From: an uncultured Elusimicrobia bacterium
GTDB lineage: Bacteria; Elusimicrobiota; Elusimicrobia; JACQPE01
DNA: 64,000 nucleotides
Assembly: GCA_964357255.1 (NCBI GenBank)
Contig: CAYHKQ010000001.1
Coordinates: 5,018-69,017, forward strand
Direction: 5' to 3'
A program made the translations under genes and the position numbers. The notes beneath the pieces are model-generated. The model was given only the letters and a program-made list of their open reading frames with translations, made no database searches and was not told the DNA's origin. Each line of letters begins with the position of its first letter. The stretch's first letter is position 1. Positions 27,623 through 37,366 of the stretch are shown piece by piece.

Positions 27623-28887
27623 CGAATTATTGCCAGTTGGCCGGTTTTGACCCTGCCCCCATCATCCTGGGCGCTGTAAAGGTAGGTTCCGCTTGCCACG
27701 TCGTGGCCGCTACTGTTTTTGCCGTCCCAGAGTAATTGGTCGCCGGCGCCGGGATGTTTTTCCAGGGTCACCAGGAGTTCGCCGCTGACGCTGAAAATGC
27801 GGATCGTGGCGCGTTCCGTCAAGTATCGGAAGAAAATTCCCTGGCCGTCGAAATTTCCTCCGCTACCGGGCCGGTAGGGATTGGGTAAAACCGTTAACGA
27901 GTTCAGGCTTGAGGCGGAGGGAACGCCCAGGAGAGCGTAGACGGAAAAATGAGAAACCGGCGCTGAAATTTTTTTGCCGGATGTATTAAGCGAGAATCCC
28001 GGCACAGCCTCCCAGCGCTTGGAGGCCGCGTTGAGGGTGTAGAGTTGAAGCTGTTGGGCGCGCAAGGATGGCGAGGTGTTATCCACGACGCCGTCGTTGC
28101 TCGCGTCCGCGTAGGAAAGGCTGATGGTTATGGGACTGGCAAAATTATCGGTTTTTAATTCTCCTCCAGCCAGGGCGGCGAATTCTCTCAAGGAGCCGGC
28201 AAGAAGAATTTGCGACGAGTCTAGCGCGCTGTTGGCGCTCGCAATGTCGGCCGGCAGGGCTGTTATGGGCTTGGTTACGGGATCGAGGCTCACAAGCACG
28301 CTTCCCGCTCCTCCCAGGGCGCCGGCCGGGACTTGAACTTGCGTGGCGCCGTTTTCGGCGCTCAAGGCGGCATCCTCGTTGGCGCCGATGGATAGCGACG
28401 CGTCGGGAGTGATCACGGTTTGCGTGGAAGATTCGGCAAAGCCAAGATTATTTTCAGCTCTTAAGAGTCTTGAATAATTCGCGCCGGCCGCAAGGCCGGT
28501 TTCAATCCAAAAGGTGGTGGAGCCGCTCAGAGCGGCCAGAAATCCCGCCGTGCTCGTTGTGAGCGCATAGGCGCTGATATCGGCCTGGCTTGACCACGAC
28601 CATTTAATGCTTTCGGACGACAAGACTGCGCCTGAAAACGAGCTTGTCGAAGACGATTGGTTTGAGGCGGAGGAAATGGTGAAGACAAGGCCGTCCGAAC
28701 TTCCGATAGAGTTTTTTACCACGATTTTTCCTGTGGCGGTGGAAGGGATGACGGCTGTGATCGAGGTATCCGACCAGGAAGAATAAAAGGCGGTCATTGC
28801 GTTGAGCGTAACGGTTCCCGGGACAACGCCGAAAGCAACGCCGGTGATGGTTGTAGTGGAGCCGACGGCGCCGAAGGAGGGGGTCAA
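27619..28887 (-). CDS. Cell-surface protein with Ser/Thr-rich Ig/IPT-like repeats and a T9SS-type C-terminal sorting domain
   Basis: C-terminus LTVLPNPYRPGS...IRIFSVSGELLVTLEKH...LLWDGKNSSGHDVASGTYLYSAQDDGGRVKTGQLAIIR matches the NPF...IYDxxGRLV...WDGxN..G..VASGVYFY...GKL..IR pattern of Por_Secre_tail/FlgD-Ig-like domains. Confidence 0.55.
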   Translation of the reverse strand: MTPSFGAVGSTTTITGVAFGVVPGTVTLNAMTAFYSSWSDTSITAVIPSTATGKIVVKNSIGSSDGLVFTISSASNQSSSTSSFSGAVLSSESIKWSWSSQADISAYALTTSTAGFLAALSGSTTFWIETGLAAGANYSRLLRAENNLGFAESSTQTVITPDASLSIGANEDAALSAENGATQVQVPAGALGGAGSVLVSLDPVTKPITALPADIASANSALDSSQILLAGSLREFAALAGGELKTDNFASPITISLSYADASNDGVVDNTSPSLRAQQLQLYTLNAASKRWEAVPGFSLNTSGKKISAPVSHFSVYALLGVPSASSLNSLTVLPNPYRPGSGGNFDGQGIFFRYLTERATIRIFSVSGELLVTLEKHPGAGDQLLWDGKNSSGHDVASGTYLYSAQDDGGRVKTGQLAIIR

Positions 28888-29025
28888 TGAGGTTATGCTG
28901 GGAAGCTCGGCAACGGCCGCGTTAGTAAAATGGATATCGCCGTTCGGGGCTCCCCCCCCTCTGTTCGCGGCCGCGGAAAATCGGATTAAGGCGTTGCCGG
29001 CTGACCGCGCGGTCCAAGGGACCGT

Positions 29026-29455
29026 TCAGCTTGCGGCCGCGCTTTGGGCGGAATGTTTCCACCAATTAGCGCTGATCGTAGAATTCGAGCCTGCGTTTTT
29101 CCAGGCGCCGGCGCCCGAATGGCTTAAATTGCCGTCCCTGATTGTCGTGACTTCAAAACCGTTGCTACCGTTGTTATTGTCGCTGATAATGGTAAACGTG
29201 ATCGTGTAATCCGCGCCGGGTTTATAAGCCGAGGGGAGGGTCAGCGCGATGTCCGCGGAGCCGTTGGACGATGATCCCGCGCTGTGGCAGTCCGTGCATT
29301 GACCATCACCCGGCGCGCCGGTGTATCCGTCGGGCGGATTGGCGGTTTTGGCGACGACGCGGCGCAATCCAAAACCCAAGCACAGGGCAATTAATAATGG
29401 CAAGACAAGGATCGAGACGCGCCGTTGAAGGCGGGAAAAGAGAGGTCTAGTCCTC
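29026..29455 (-). CDS. Small secreted protein with a single CxxCH motif (probable monohaem c-type or metal site)
   Basis: Probable TTG start overlapping the DUF2203 stop (MRTRPLFSRLQRRVSILVLPLLIALCLGFG signal). NPPDGYTGAPGDGQCTDCHSAGS. The ORF-track Met at 29547 lies inside the upstream gene. Confidence 0.4.
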
Positions 29456-29881
29456 AATATCCCGGCAGGCAAATTCGGAAGGCAGTGGTTTTCGTCCCGC
29501 GAAACCGTCTTCAGGGCCGTGATAATGGGAAATTTCTTTTTCGCCATATTTCCAACACAGGTAGACTTCGCGGCCGCATAATCGGTGCGGGAAATCCACC
29601 AGGCATGGCTCCAATCCCTTGGGCATGCAACCTAGTTTAGCGATTTCGGAGAGCTCATCTTCGATTTGTGAGACAAGAAAATCGGCTTGAGAGCGGGCCA
29701 GAAGAAGGTCAACCGGATTGGCCTTGGGATTTTTTTCCTGCCGATGAAAATGGAGAACTTTCTGTTCGGCATGGCCCTTGAGCGCCAAGACCCGTCCCAG
29801 CGTTTCTTCAAGACGAGGAATTAGAGACTCAGCCTCTTCTAAAGAAAAATAACGCACCCATTTATTATAGCTGAATTTCAA
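29447..29881 (-). CDS. DUF2203-family protein
   Basis: MKFSYNKWVRYFSLEEAESLIPRLEETLGRVLAL matches the DUF2203 N-terminus; 144 aa. First gene of the minus-strand operon. Confidence 0.5.
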   Translation of the reverse strand: MKFSYNKWVRYFSLEEAESLIPRLEETLGRVLALKGHAEQKVLHFHRQEKNPKANPVDLLLARSQADFLVSQIEDELSEIAKLGCMPKGLEPCLVDFPHRLCGREVYLCWKYGEKEISHYHGPEDGFAGRKPLPSEFACRDIED

Positions 29882-29954
29882 TTCATCAAATTGCGGAATT
29901 TTTTCGTTTTTCCGTTTACTAAACCGCTTATCTGTCGTCTGTCTAACCGTTTTT

Positions 29955-30787
29955 TTATCGTCGAGCTTCTACGGCTTTTTGGGCTTCGCGGACGCGGTCG
30001 TTTTTGGTGATGGAGTTGAGCTCGTTTAACGCGATTTCGCCGTCTCTGGCCCGGCGGATGATCTCGATGAGGAATTCGTAATTCTGGCGTGAAATTTCCG
30101 TTACTTTATCTATAACGTCAATTTGTTTTTCACCTTGCGCTGTTTGCACGACCTTGATAGCGTAGCGGATGTTGAGCAGGTGGCGGTTGCTGATTTGCCG
30201 GGCATACGCCGACATGCGATCGCGGATCATCGCGGCGTCGTCGGCGTAGTCCTCGGCCCGTCCGGCGTTTTGTTCCCATTGGTTGAGAGAGTGAATATAG
30301 TTGCCATGGGAATACTGTTGATTGTCGAGGTAATTGAGGCGTTTTCCCATATCCTTGAGCCGCGTTTCCCAGTATCCGTTGATATCTTTGGCCTGTTGCG
30401 CGAGATCCTCGAATCCTTTGATCGCCTTAAGCGCGTAATCTTCGTGTTTTTTCATTTCGCGTTCGATTTTGAGCGTGTTGGTCAAGGTATGGACGTCCAT
30501 CTGATGGCGTTTTTTTGGTTTGGGCTGTGGACGGGCCGCAGGAGTTTCGCCAAAGGGCATCAAGAGCGTAATAGCTTCTTCTCGCGGTTCGATCCGGACC
30601 TCATCAGACCGCTCGGCGTACCAGTCGTTTTCATCTGCTTGGTGGCCATGGCGGCCGCCAAAGAGGCTATGGGTCAACGCGTTGCTCGTCCCCAGGAGAA
30701 GCCAGAGCGTCAGCATCCTACTCATGGCCTGCCTTAACGCAGGGCTTGATTTTGGCGGATTGCGAAAGAAAATTCCCCTATTGCTCA
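29955..30787 (-). CDS. Hypothetical secreted coiled-coil protein
   Basis: Start probably at MSNRG (AGGAGAACC-ATG). Signal peptide MSRMLTLWLLLGTSNA; helical, Glu/Lys/Gln-rich. Confidence 0.35.
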
Positions 30788-30864
30788 TGGTTCTCCTGGG
30801 GCGAGCCCCCACCTTTCTTATTTACCAGAAGAACGGAAAATTTTCAAGGTTTATTTTGTAACCA

Positions 30865-31653
30865 TCAGCGTAGCCAGCCTTGGAGGTTTTCTTTGCGGGT
30901 TTGAACAAGGATCCAGCCTTCTTTTTTTTCTAGAATCCGGACGAATCGGCCTTCGGGGATTTGGGTGGTAATCGGCAGGCTCTCGGAAGGACCGGAGCGC
31001 AAAAGACCGGGACCTTTTAGGATCATCCATTCATATCGTCCGGCCGCTGCGTGGGAGAGCGTCAGCGCCAATGAAACCGCCAAACCGGCTCCGCCGGCCC
31101 AGGCGATCGCTCGCAGATTGGCGGAGGTTTTCGCGCCGGGCCGATATTTCAGGACGAACAGCGAGAGCGCCAGGGCCCACCACAAAATTAGAGTGAGAGC
31201 CGTCCATTCGGGGAAGTTCAAAAGATTCCACAGTCTGTAAAGGGCATAAGGCACGCCCGCGGGAGCCGGCGTGTCGCCGGTTTTTTGGCAGGCGATGGCC
31301 AAATTGCGCCAGAGGGCGTTGCTTCGGGGGTTGACGTGGATGGCCTTCCAGTATTGTTCAAGGGCTTCCGGATAATTATTGGCCTTAAAATCGGCGTTGC
31401 CCGCGTTGTAATAGGCCTGCCAGATTTCGGGGTTTTCCTGCGAGAAACGTCCATAAAGTTCAGCCGCCTTGAGGTAGTTGCCGTCTTTGTAAGCCTGAGC
31501 GGCCTCCTGCCACAGGGAGGTTGCGCGTGGTCTCTGGCCCCAGATCGAGTTGCCATGGCAGAATACATTAGCCATGCAGACAAGTAAAAACAAGCGCTTG
31601 AGTAATTTGAGGCAATTTTTTTTATCACTCAACCGTTTGACCTCTATTATCAT
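30865..31653 (-). CDS. batE: BatE-like TPR/TM/SH3b protein
   Basis: TPR repeats (AAQAYKDGNYLKAAELY...AGNADFKANNYPEALEQYWKAIHVNP), a TM segment, C-terminal SH3b-like GRFVRILEKKEGWILVQ. Last gene of the Bat operon. Confidence 0.6.
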   Translation of the reverse strand: MIIEVKRLSDKKNCLKLLKRLFLLVCMANVFCHGNSIWGQRPRATSLWQEAAQAYKDGNYLKAAELYGRFSQENPEIWQAYYNAGNADFKANNYPEALEQYWKAIHVNPRSNALWRNLAIACQKTGDTPAPAGVPYALYRLWNLLNFPEWTALTLILWWALALSLFVLKYRPGAKTSANLRAIAWAGGAGLAVSLALTLSHAAAGRYEWMILKGPGLLRSGPSESLPITTQIPEGRFVRILEKKEGWILVQTRKENLQGWLR

Positions 31654-33641
31654 GAAAGTTTTTCCAAAATTTTTTTTGCCTGGAGGACGCCCTCGAGAAC
31701 CTCGCTGAGAATTTCCTGCGCCTCCTCTTGGCGCGCCGGGGCGAATCTTAGATAATGCAGGCTCTCAAGAGTTTGGCGCAGAGTTTGGACTTCGGCCGAC
31801 GAAATTTTACCCCGGGCTTTATTGGCGATTTCTTCCGGCAGAGTTTTGGGGGTGACGGCCTCGGCCAAGCCAAGGATTTGGCGCAGAGCGCCCTCGAGGG
31901 CCGGAGCCAGCGCGCCGGCCATTTCAATCGGTTTATTTTCTTGGGCAAGGACTGAGGCTTTTTTGATGGCGTCGGCCAGGCGTTCAAGGGGCCGGCTTTT
32001 TTTAGCCAGGCGTTTTTTTCGCGCCATCCCGATTGCGCTTGTGGCCAGCCACAGGAGAACCGGTAGCCCTCCCGCGCCGGCCCAGCGCCGCGTCAAAGTC
32101 ATGCTTAGGCGATGGAAAATCCCTGGCGCGGGTGTCGCCTCAATGATGAACCCGATGTCCTCGCCAAATTTTTTGGCGTCCCCGCGCCCTCCGGCGGCGC
32201 CGGAGGCCGTGTGGATCGGCTCGCCGGAAACATTGACTGAAAGCGGCCGGGTTTCGCGGCGCACGTAGCCCTTGGCCTTGGGATCAAAGTACACGAAGCG
32301 GATGGGAGGGATGATCAGAGCGGGGTTGCCGGGGACTTGCGGAATCAACAGAAGCTTGAAGGTTTTTTTGCCGCTGATTTTTCCGTCTTGCTTGGTTATG
32401 GTTTCCGTTTTTTCAGTCTCATAACTGCGGAAGACGCCTTCTAAATTGGGATAGGCCGGGCTCGGCAAGCTGCGGATATTGCCTTCGCCGGAAATGGCGA
32501 CCGTCAGAGTCAGCGTGTCGCCGATTTTAATGCCGGTTTTATCGAGCCCGGCTTCGAGATCGAATTGGCCCACGGCGCCGGAAAAATCCCTGGGGCGCGA
32601 CTCCTGCGGCAGGGCAAAGGCCGTGATTTCCACGGATTTGGTTTCCAGGAGATGGGTCTGGCCGGATCCTCCGCCGAAGAAACGTTGAAAAAATTGCGGA
32701 TCAAAAGGATCGTTTGAGCCTGCGCCGGCCTGTTCGATTTCCATCTGAACCTTGGCCGGGCTGATTTTGAGCTTGCCAGGATTGGTCGGGAAGAGAATCA
32801 GGGGGATTTCCGTGGCTTGATAAGGAGTTCCGCGCACGTTGGTTTGAAAGGTTTTCTGCGGCAAATTTTCCTGCCAGAATCCGCTCGTATTGGGCGGAAC
32901 ATACTGAGGTTGCGAAAGGAAAGCGACGCGGGTGTAGAAAAGAACGGAGAGTTTGACGGGCTCGCCGACATACGCCTCATGCTTATCCGTCCTGGCTTCA
33001 ATAAAAACCAGAGGCGGCGCTTCTTCCGGGGCCTCCTTGGGTCCCTTGCGGCGGGTCTCGCCGTCCGGGCCTGGGCCCGGAGATTGGGCTCGCTCAGCGC
33101 GTTTGTCTTCGAGCATTTGCCGGGTTGTGCGAGGGAAATTCGGCACGGCAAAGGGTTGGATGATCCCCTGGGGCGCGCCCTGCACCTGGGCGGATTTTTG
33201 GTCCGCGACTTCTATGGACACGGTATTGGAGGCGATTTCCTGGCCGCCGCCGGCGTCAATTTTGGCGGGACCAAGTTTATATGCTCCGGGCTTTGACGCG
33301 GATAAAAGCAATGTGTAGATTACGCTGGTCGTCATTTTCCAGTTGACGATTTCGACTTTTTGGCTCTTCGATTGGGAATAGACGGAGAGTTCCGGCGGGA
33401 TGATGATTTTGGGTTCACTCAAGCCCCCTGAACTTCCGTTGACGGAAATTTCAAGCGCCGCGGTGTCGCCGAGGAGCATTTTGTTTTTATCCAGGCGCAG
33501 GACGATCTCGACACCGGCCCACAGGGGGAAGGCAAAAAAGGCCATAAACGCCAAAGAGGCCAAAGAGGCGAAGGAATAAATATTTTCCTTATAGCCTTTT
33601 TGGCTTTTATGGCCCCCGGGGCTTCTTTTGCCTTGTTTCAT
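31650..33641 (-). CDS. batD: BatD-like protein (oxygen-tolerance family)
   Basis: 663 aa, N-terminal signal/TM, a large beta-rich ectodomain, a TM near the C-terminal third followed by a helical tail. 4-nt overlaps with both neighbours. Confidence 0.6.
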   Translation of the reverse strand: MKQGKRSPGGHKSQKGYKENIYSFASLASLAFMAFFAFPLWAGVEIVLRLDKNKMLLGDTAALEISVNGSSGGLSEPKIIIPPELSVYSQSKSQKVEIVNWKMTTSVIYTLLLSASKPGAYKLGPAKIDAGGGQEIASNTVSIEVADQKSAQVQGAPQGIIQPFAVPNFPRTTRQMLEDKRAERAQSPGPGPDGETRRKGPKEAPEEAPPLVFIEARTDKHEAYVGEPVKLSVLFYTRVAFLSQPQYVPPNTSGFWQENLPQKTFQTNVRGTPYQATEIPLILFPTNPGKLKISPAKVQMEIEQAGAGSNDPFDPQFFQRFFGGGSGQTHLLETKSVEITAFALPQESRPRDFSGAVGQFDLEAGLDKTGIKIGDTLTLTVAISGEGNIRSLPSPAYPNLEGVFRSYETEKTETITKQDGKISGKKTFKLLLIPQVPGNPALIIPPIRFVYFDPKAKGYVRRETRPLSVNVSGEPIHTASGAAGGRGDAKKFGEDIGFIIEATPAPGIFHRLSMTLTRRWAGAGGLPVLLWLATSAIGMARKKRLAKKSRPLERLADAIKKASVLAQENKPIEMAGALAPALEGALRQILGLAEAVTPKTLPEEIANKARGKISSAEVQTLRQTLESLHYLRFAPARQEEAQEILSEVLEGVLQAKKILEKLS

Positions 33642-33643
33642 GT

Positions 33644-34330
33644 TTACCAGTCATTCTCCACATTTGTTTCCTGGGAGCGGCGTTTTTTCATTTTTTGGGC
33701 TTGCTTCATTTGCTCTTGCTCGAAGGAATCGAGGAGCGACTGTATAGCCTGTTGGTCCATTTGGGACTCTTCATTTTTTTTCTGTTGGTCCTGTTTGTCT
33801 TCCCCCCCTCCCTGGCCGCCGGAATTTTTTTGGTTCTCCGGGGGTTTGGTAAGCCTCAGCGCCAGGGCCAGATTATGCCGCGCGTCCTCGTCTGCGGGAT
33901 TGAGCAATAGAGATTTTTTGTACGCTTCAACCGCTTCCTGGGTTTTGTTCTGACTGTAGAGCGCGTTGCCCAAATTGTACCAGCTTGCCGCTTGAAGTTT
34001 CGTGTCTTTGGCTGACGATTGTCTTGATTGGGCAAAGGATCGCGAGGCGTCTTCTAGGTCGCCTAGTTTATATGTCGCGCAACCCTTATTAAATTGAATG
34101 ATGGGATTTTTTGGATCGAGCCGGCCGGCCTGATTGAACGAGTTTAACGCCGATTGGTAATCGCCTTTTTTGAATTGGTCCGCCCCCTCCCGCGTGGGAG
34201 GCTTCCAGGAAGCCGCATGAGGAAAGGTGAATGAGGTGAACAACGTCAATAAGGTAAACAATGCAAAAGACAACCAAAGAGTATTTTTTTTAACCTGATT
34301 CGCCTCATTCGCCTTATTCATATTATTCAC
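33644..34330 (-). CDS. batC: BatC-like TPR protein
   Basis: N-terminal TM, TPR repeats (YQSALNSFNQAGRLDPKNP, NLGNALYSQNKTQEAVEAYKKSLLLNP), a C-terminal charged low-complexity tail. Confidence 0.6.
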   Translation of the reverse strand: MNNMNKANEANQVKKNTLWLSFALFTLLTLFTSFTFPHAASWKPPTREGADQFKKGDYQSALNSFNQAGRLDPKNPIIQFNKGCATYKLGDLEDASRSFAQSRQSSAKDTKLQAASWYNLGNALYSQNKTQEAVEAYKKSLLLNPADEDARHNLALALRLTKPPENQKNSGGQGGGEDKQDQQKKNEESQMDQQAIQSLLDSFEQEQMKQAQKMKKRRSQETNVENDW

Positions 34331-35343
34331 TTTCTTTTTTTCTCCGGTATCGCCATTTCCGCCAGTAGCAACATAAATCCGACGGCCAACGGAATCTGGA
34401 ACCGGTTTTGAAGTCGCGTCCTTATTCCTTTGTCCTTTTTAGAGTCCGGATTGTTCACGATGGACCCGAGCTCCGCTTGCGGATCAGCGCTGTTATCGAG
34501 CCGGATAAACCGGCCCCCTGTCTTAGCCGTTAGTTCTTCCACCGAATCGGCCTTAGCGCGCGTTAGAACCGTTTTGTCCTCTCGATTCTTTTTATACCCT
34601 AAAAAATTTCCATTTTCATCTTTTAGTGGAATGGGTTCGCCTTCCGGAGAGCCGACCCAGAGCGTGGAGACCCGGATGCGGTTTTTAAGGAGGGGGCCGG
34701 TCATGCTACGCGCGTCCCCTTCGTGATTTTCGCCGTCCGTAACTAGCAGGACGTCGCGCGCGCCGGCCACTTTAGACAAAAGATTCTGCGCGGTTTTTAA
34801 GCCCGCGGCGATGTTGGTTCCGGGATGAGGCAGGCTGCCGGGAGCCACGGTTTCAAAAGCAAGACGCAGGGCGCCGGCGTCGAGAGTCAGGGGGCATTGC
34901 AGGTAGGCTCGGCCGGCGAAGGTGACTAGGCCCAGGCGAGAGAGGGCTTGAGCGCTACTCTTGGCGTAGGCGGAGATGATCTCGAATTTGGCGCGCTCGA
35001 AGCGGCTCGGTTTGATGTCTTGGGCCAGCATAGAGTCCGACACGTCCATCACAATTATGAGATTGTTGCCCAAGAGCGGCGTTTTCTCAAGGCGCGCGCC
35101 CCATTGCGGCCCGGCCAGGGCCAGGACGCTAAAGAATAAGGCGGCAGTTAAAAGCCAGGCTTTGGAACCTCGAAGGTCGAGCCCGCGTCCCGATGCCAGG
35201 AGCGAGCGAAGCGTGTGCGACGCGATGAGCCGCGCTAAAAGCCGGTTGCGCTTTCGCGGCAGCCAACGCAAGGCGGCCAGAGCCAATATCCCGCCATAGA
35301 GGAAGAACCACAGAAATTGAGGAAAAGCGAATAAATCCGTCAT
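34327..35343 (-). CDS. batB: BatB-like von Willebrand factor A domain membrane protein
   Basis: Two N-terminal TM segments and a VWA domain with the MIDAS motif DVSDSM. Confidence 0.7.
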   Translation of the reverse strand: MTDLFAFPQFLWFFLYGGILALAALRWLPRKRNRLLARLIASHTLRSLLASGRGLDLRGSKAWLLTAALFFSVLALAGPQWGARLEKTPLLGNNLIIVMDVSDSMLAQDIKPSRFERAKFEIISAYAKSSAQALSRLGLVTFAGRAYLQCPLTLDAGALRLAFETVAPGSLPHPGTNIAAGLKTAQNLLSKVAGARDVLLVTDGENHEGDARSMTGPLLKNRIRVSTLWVGSPEGEPIPLKDENGNFLGYKKNREDKTVLTRAKADSVEELTAKTGGRFIRLDNSADPQAELGSIVNNPDSKKDKGIRTRLQNRFQIPLAVGFMLLLAEMAIPEKKRK

Positions 35344-36368
35344 GGCAAAGTCAGCAGTAGCGTGCCGCGCAGAAGGATTTCGGTTCCCAAGAGAAACAGA
35401 GCCGCCATGAGTAGCGGCGGATACAGCTCTTCGTAGTGATGCGTCTTGGGCGGGGCGGCCTCGGTTTTTTCAAGGCGGTCGATTTCTTCGAAGATTCCCT
35501 TGAGTTCGTTGAGTTCCGTGGCCCGGAAGTATTTCCCCTCCGTGATTTCGGCGACCTTGGTGAGCGTATCCTCGTCAATCTCTTCCTCAGGCCGGCGAAT
35601 ATAGCGCGTTCCGAAAATCGGGTCCACCACAGGGAAAATTCCGCCGCCCCGCTTTCCGGTGCCGATGGTGTAGATTTTGACGCCGAGCGCTCGCGCTGTT
35701 TTGGCTCCGGTGACGGGGTCCACGGATCCCGCGTTGTTTCTGCCGTCCGTCAGAAGAATAATGGTTTTTGATTTGCTCGGGACTTTTTTGAGATGCGCCA
35801 GGGAAACCATAATCGCGCTACCTATGGCCGTGCCGTCGGTTTGGGTCATATTGATTTCGACTTGCTCTAAGAAACTTTGCACGGCCTGTTTGTCTAGCGT
35901 CAAGGGGCACGCGAGGATAGCCGCCCCTCCAAAGGCCACAATGCCGATGCGATCTGAGCCGCGTTTATCCACGAACTCCGAGGCGATTTTTTTGGCGCCC
36001 TGAAGGCGGTTGAAGGGCTGAAAATCCAGGGCTTGCATCGAGCCCGAAGTGTCGAGGGCGAGCGCGATGTCGACGCCGAGCAAGGGTTCCAGCTGTTCAG
36101 TGGTCACTTTTTGCGGCCGCATCAGGGCCAGGACCAAAACGGCCAAGGCGGCCGCGCGAATGAGGGCAAGAATTATAGAGGACGGGTGGCGTCGGCGCAG
36201 GCCGCTTTGTTGATTTAACAATTGATAGTTATGTTCCGCTTTGGAGTAAATCAGGGCGGCTGAAGCCGAGACTTTCTTATGTTTGAGGATTTGGATGATC
36301 AAAGATACGCCGAGTCCAAGAATCAGGCAAGCCAGGCCGAGCCAGGGAGATGCGAACTCGAGTTTCAT
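35340..36368 (-). CDS. batA: BatA-like von Willebrand factor A domain membrane protein
   Basis: N-terminal TM and VWA with MIDAS DTSGSM...TDG. Confidence 0.7.
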   Translation of the reverse strand: MKLEFASPWLGLACLILGLGVSLIIQILKHKKVSASAALIYSKAEHNYQLLNQQSGLRRRHPSSIILALIRAAALAVLVLALMRPQKVTTEQLEPLLGVDIALALDTSGSMQALDFQPFNRLQGAKKIASEFVDKRGSDRIGIVAFGGAAILACPLTLDKQAVQSFLEQVEINMTQTDGTAIGSAIMVSLAHLKKVPSKSKTIILLTDGRNNAGSVDPVTGAKTARALGVKIYTIGTGKRGGGIFPVVDPIFGTRYIRRPEEEIDEDTLTKVAEITEGKYFRATELNELKGIFEEIDRLEKTEAAPPKTHHYEELYPPLLMAALFLLGTEILLRGTLLLTLP

Positions 36369-37339
36369 GCGGTCTTTTGCGTTGCCGCGTTTTCCGGCTC
36401 CGCCGCCGGCGCAGGGCGCGCTCGGTGCGCCTCGACAAATTCTTTAAGAATCGTCACTGCGTGGGCGTTCTCCCCGTCGTCCGGCGCGTATTTGGCGAAT
36501 TTGGCAAGGTCGGTAATTTCAAGGCTTTCTTTTAAGCGAATCACGGCCGGCAAGTCAACGCCCAGGCTCTGGCGCTCCCTGTGCAGGAGGCGCGTGAGTT
36601 CCGCGCTGGTCAAGCTTTGGGTGTCGAGGCTAAAGCGCCGGTCAAGATACTTGCGGTAAATCTCGCTTAACGCGAAATAAAATTCCCGGTTTTTTCGTGA
36701 TTCCAAGAGGCGCATCTGAATCAGCGCGGCAAGATCGCGCTCGAAAGTTTCTTCAGCGCTGAGCTTGGATTGCGCCTGACGTCCGGCTTGAGCCTGGATT
36801 TTATGACGCGAGCGCAAAAACCATAACAGCGCCAGGATTCCCAGAATGCCGCCCACGCTAAAGCCGGCAATCACCCATGGCTTCTCCCAGAAGTAAAGGG
36901 GTTTTCTGGGTCGCTTGATATCCCGAAGCTCGGCCGGGTTTTTCGCGTTGTGCGTGGGGTCGAGAATTTTAAGATGAACCGGAGGGGTTTTAACGACAGT
37001 CGTTTGCCCGATGGTTCCTTGGGCGGGAATTTCCAAACTCGGCACATCCATATCTCCGATTTTAAACGCCATCAGCGCGACGTCCAGCATGGTGATTTTT
37101 TTGTCGCCGTCTTTGCCTTCCTTGGAATGGAAATCCCACAGCGTAAAATCCCCCCATTGAGTTTGGCCGGTTTTCCAAGAGGTTAAGTCAATTTTGACGG
37201 CATTGCCCGAACGAATCGTGTAGGCAATGGCTACCGGATGGGCCAGGGGAACCTCGGTTTGCCTGGGTTTGGCTTCAACGCCGATAGTTTCCTGGCCGAA
37301 GGCAAGGGTTATTAGGAGTATCCAAATTGAACTGTTCAT
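36365..37339 (-). CDS. DUF4381-like membrane protein (the usual upstream partner of batA)
   Basis: Signal peptide, KILDPTH...IKRPRKPLYFWEKPWVIAGFSVGGILGILALLWFL (the ILDIRPP...PW motif plus a TM). Confidence 0.45.
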   Translation of the reverse strand: MNSSIWILLITLAFGQETIGVEAKPRQTEVPLAHPVAIAYTIRSGNAVKIDLTSWKTGQTQWGDFTLWDFHSKEGKDGDKKITMLDVALMAFKIGDMDVPSLEIPAQGTIGQTTVVKTPPVHLKILDPTHNAKNPAELRDIKRPRKPLYFWEKPWVIAGFSVGGILGILALLWFLRSRHKIQAQAGRQAQSKLSAEETFERDLAALIQMRLLESRKNREFYFALSEIYRKYLDRRFSLDTQSLTSAELTRLLHRERQSLGVDLPAVIRLKESLEITDLAKFAKYAPDDGENAHAVTILKEFVEAHRARPAPAAEPENAATQKTA

Positions 37340-37366
37340 GGGACGAAAAATATTCTAACTTACTTA

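Noticed and set aside
29456-29547. The longer form of the small CxxCH ORF starting at the Met at 29547
   Set aside because: That start lies ~100 nt inside the DUF2203 gene in another frame. A TTG start overlapping the DUF2203 stop gives a proper signal peptide and operon-style coupling.
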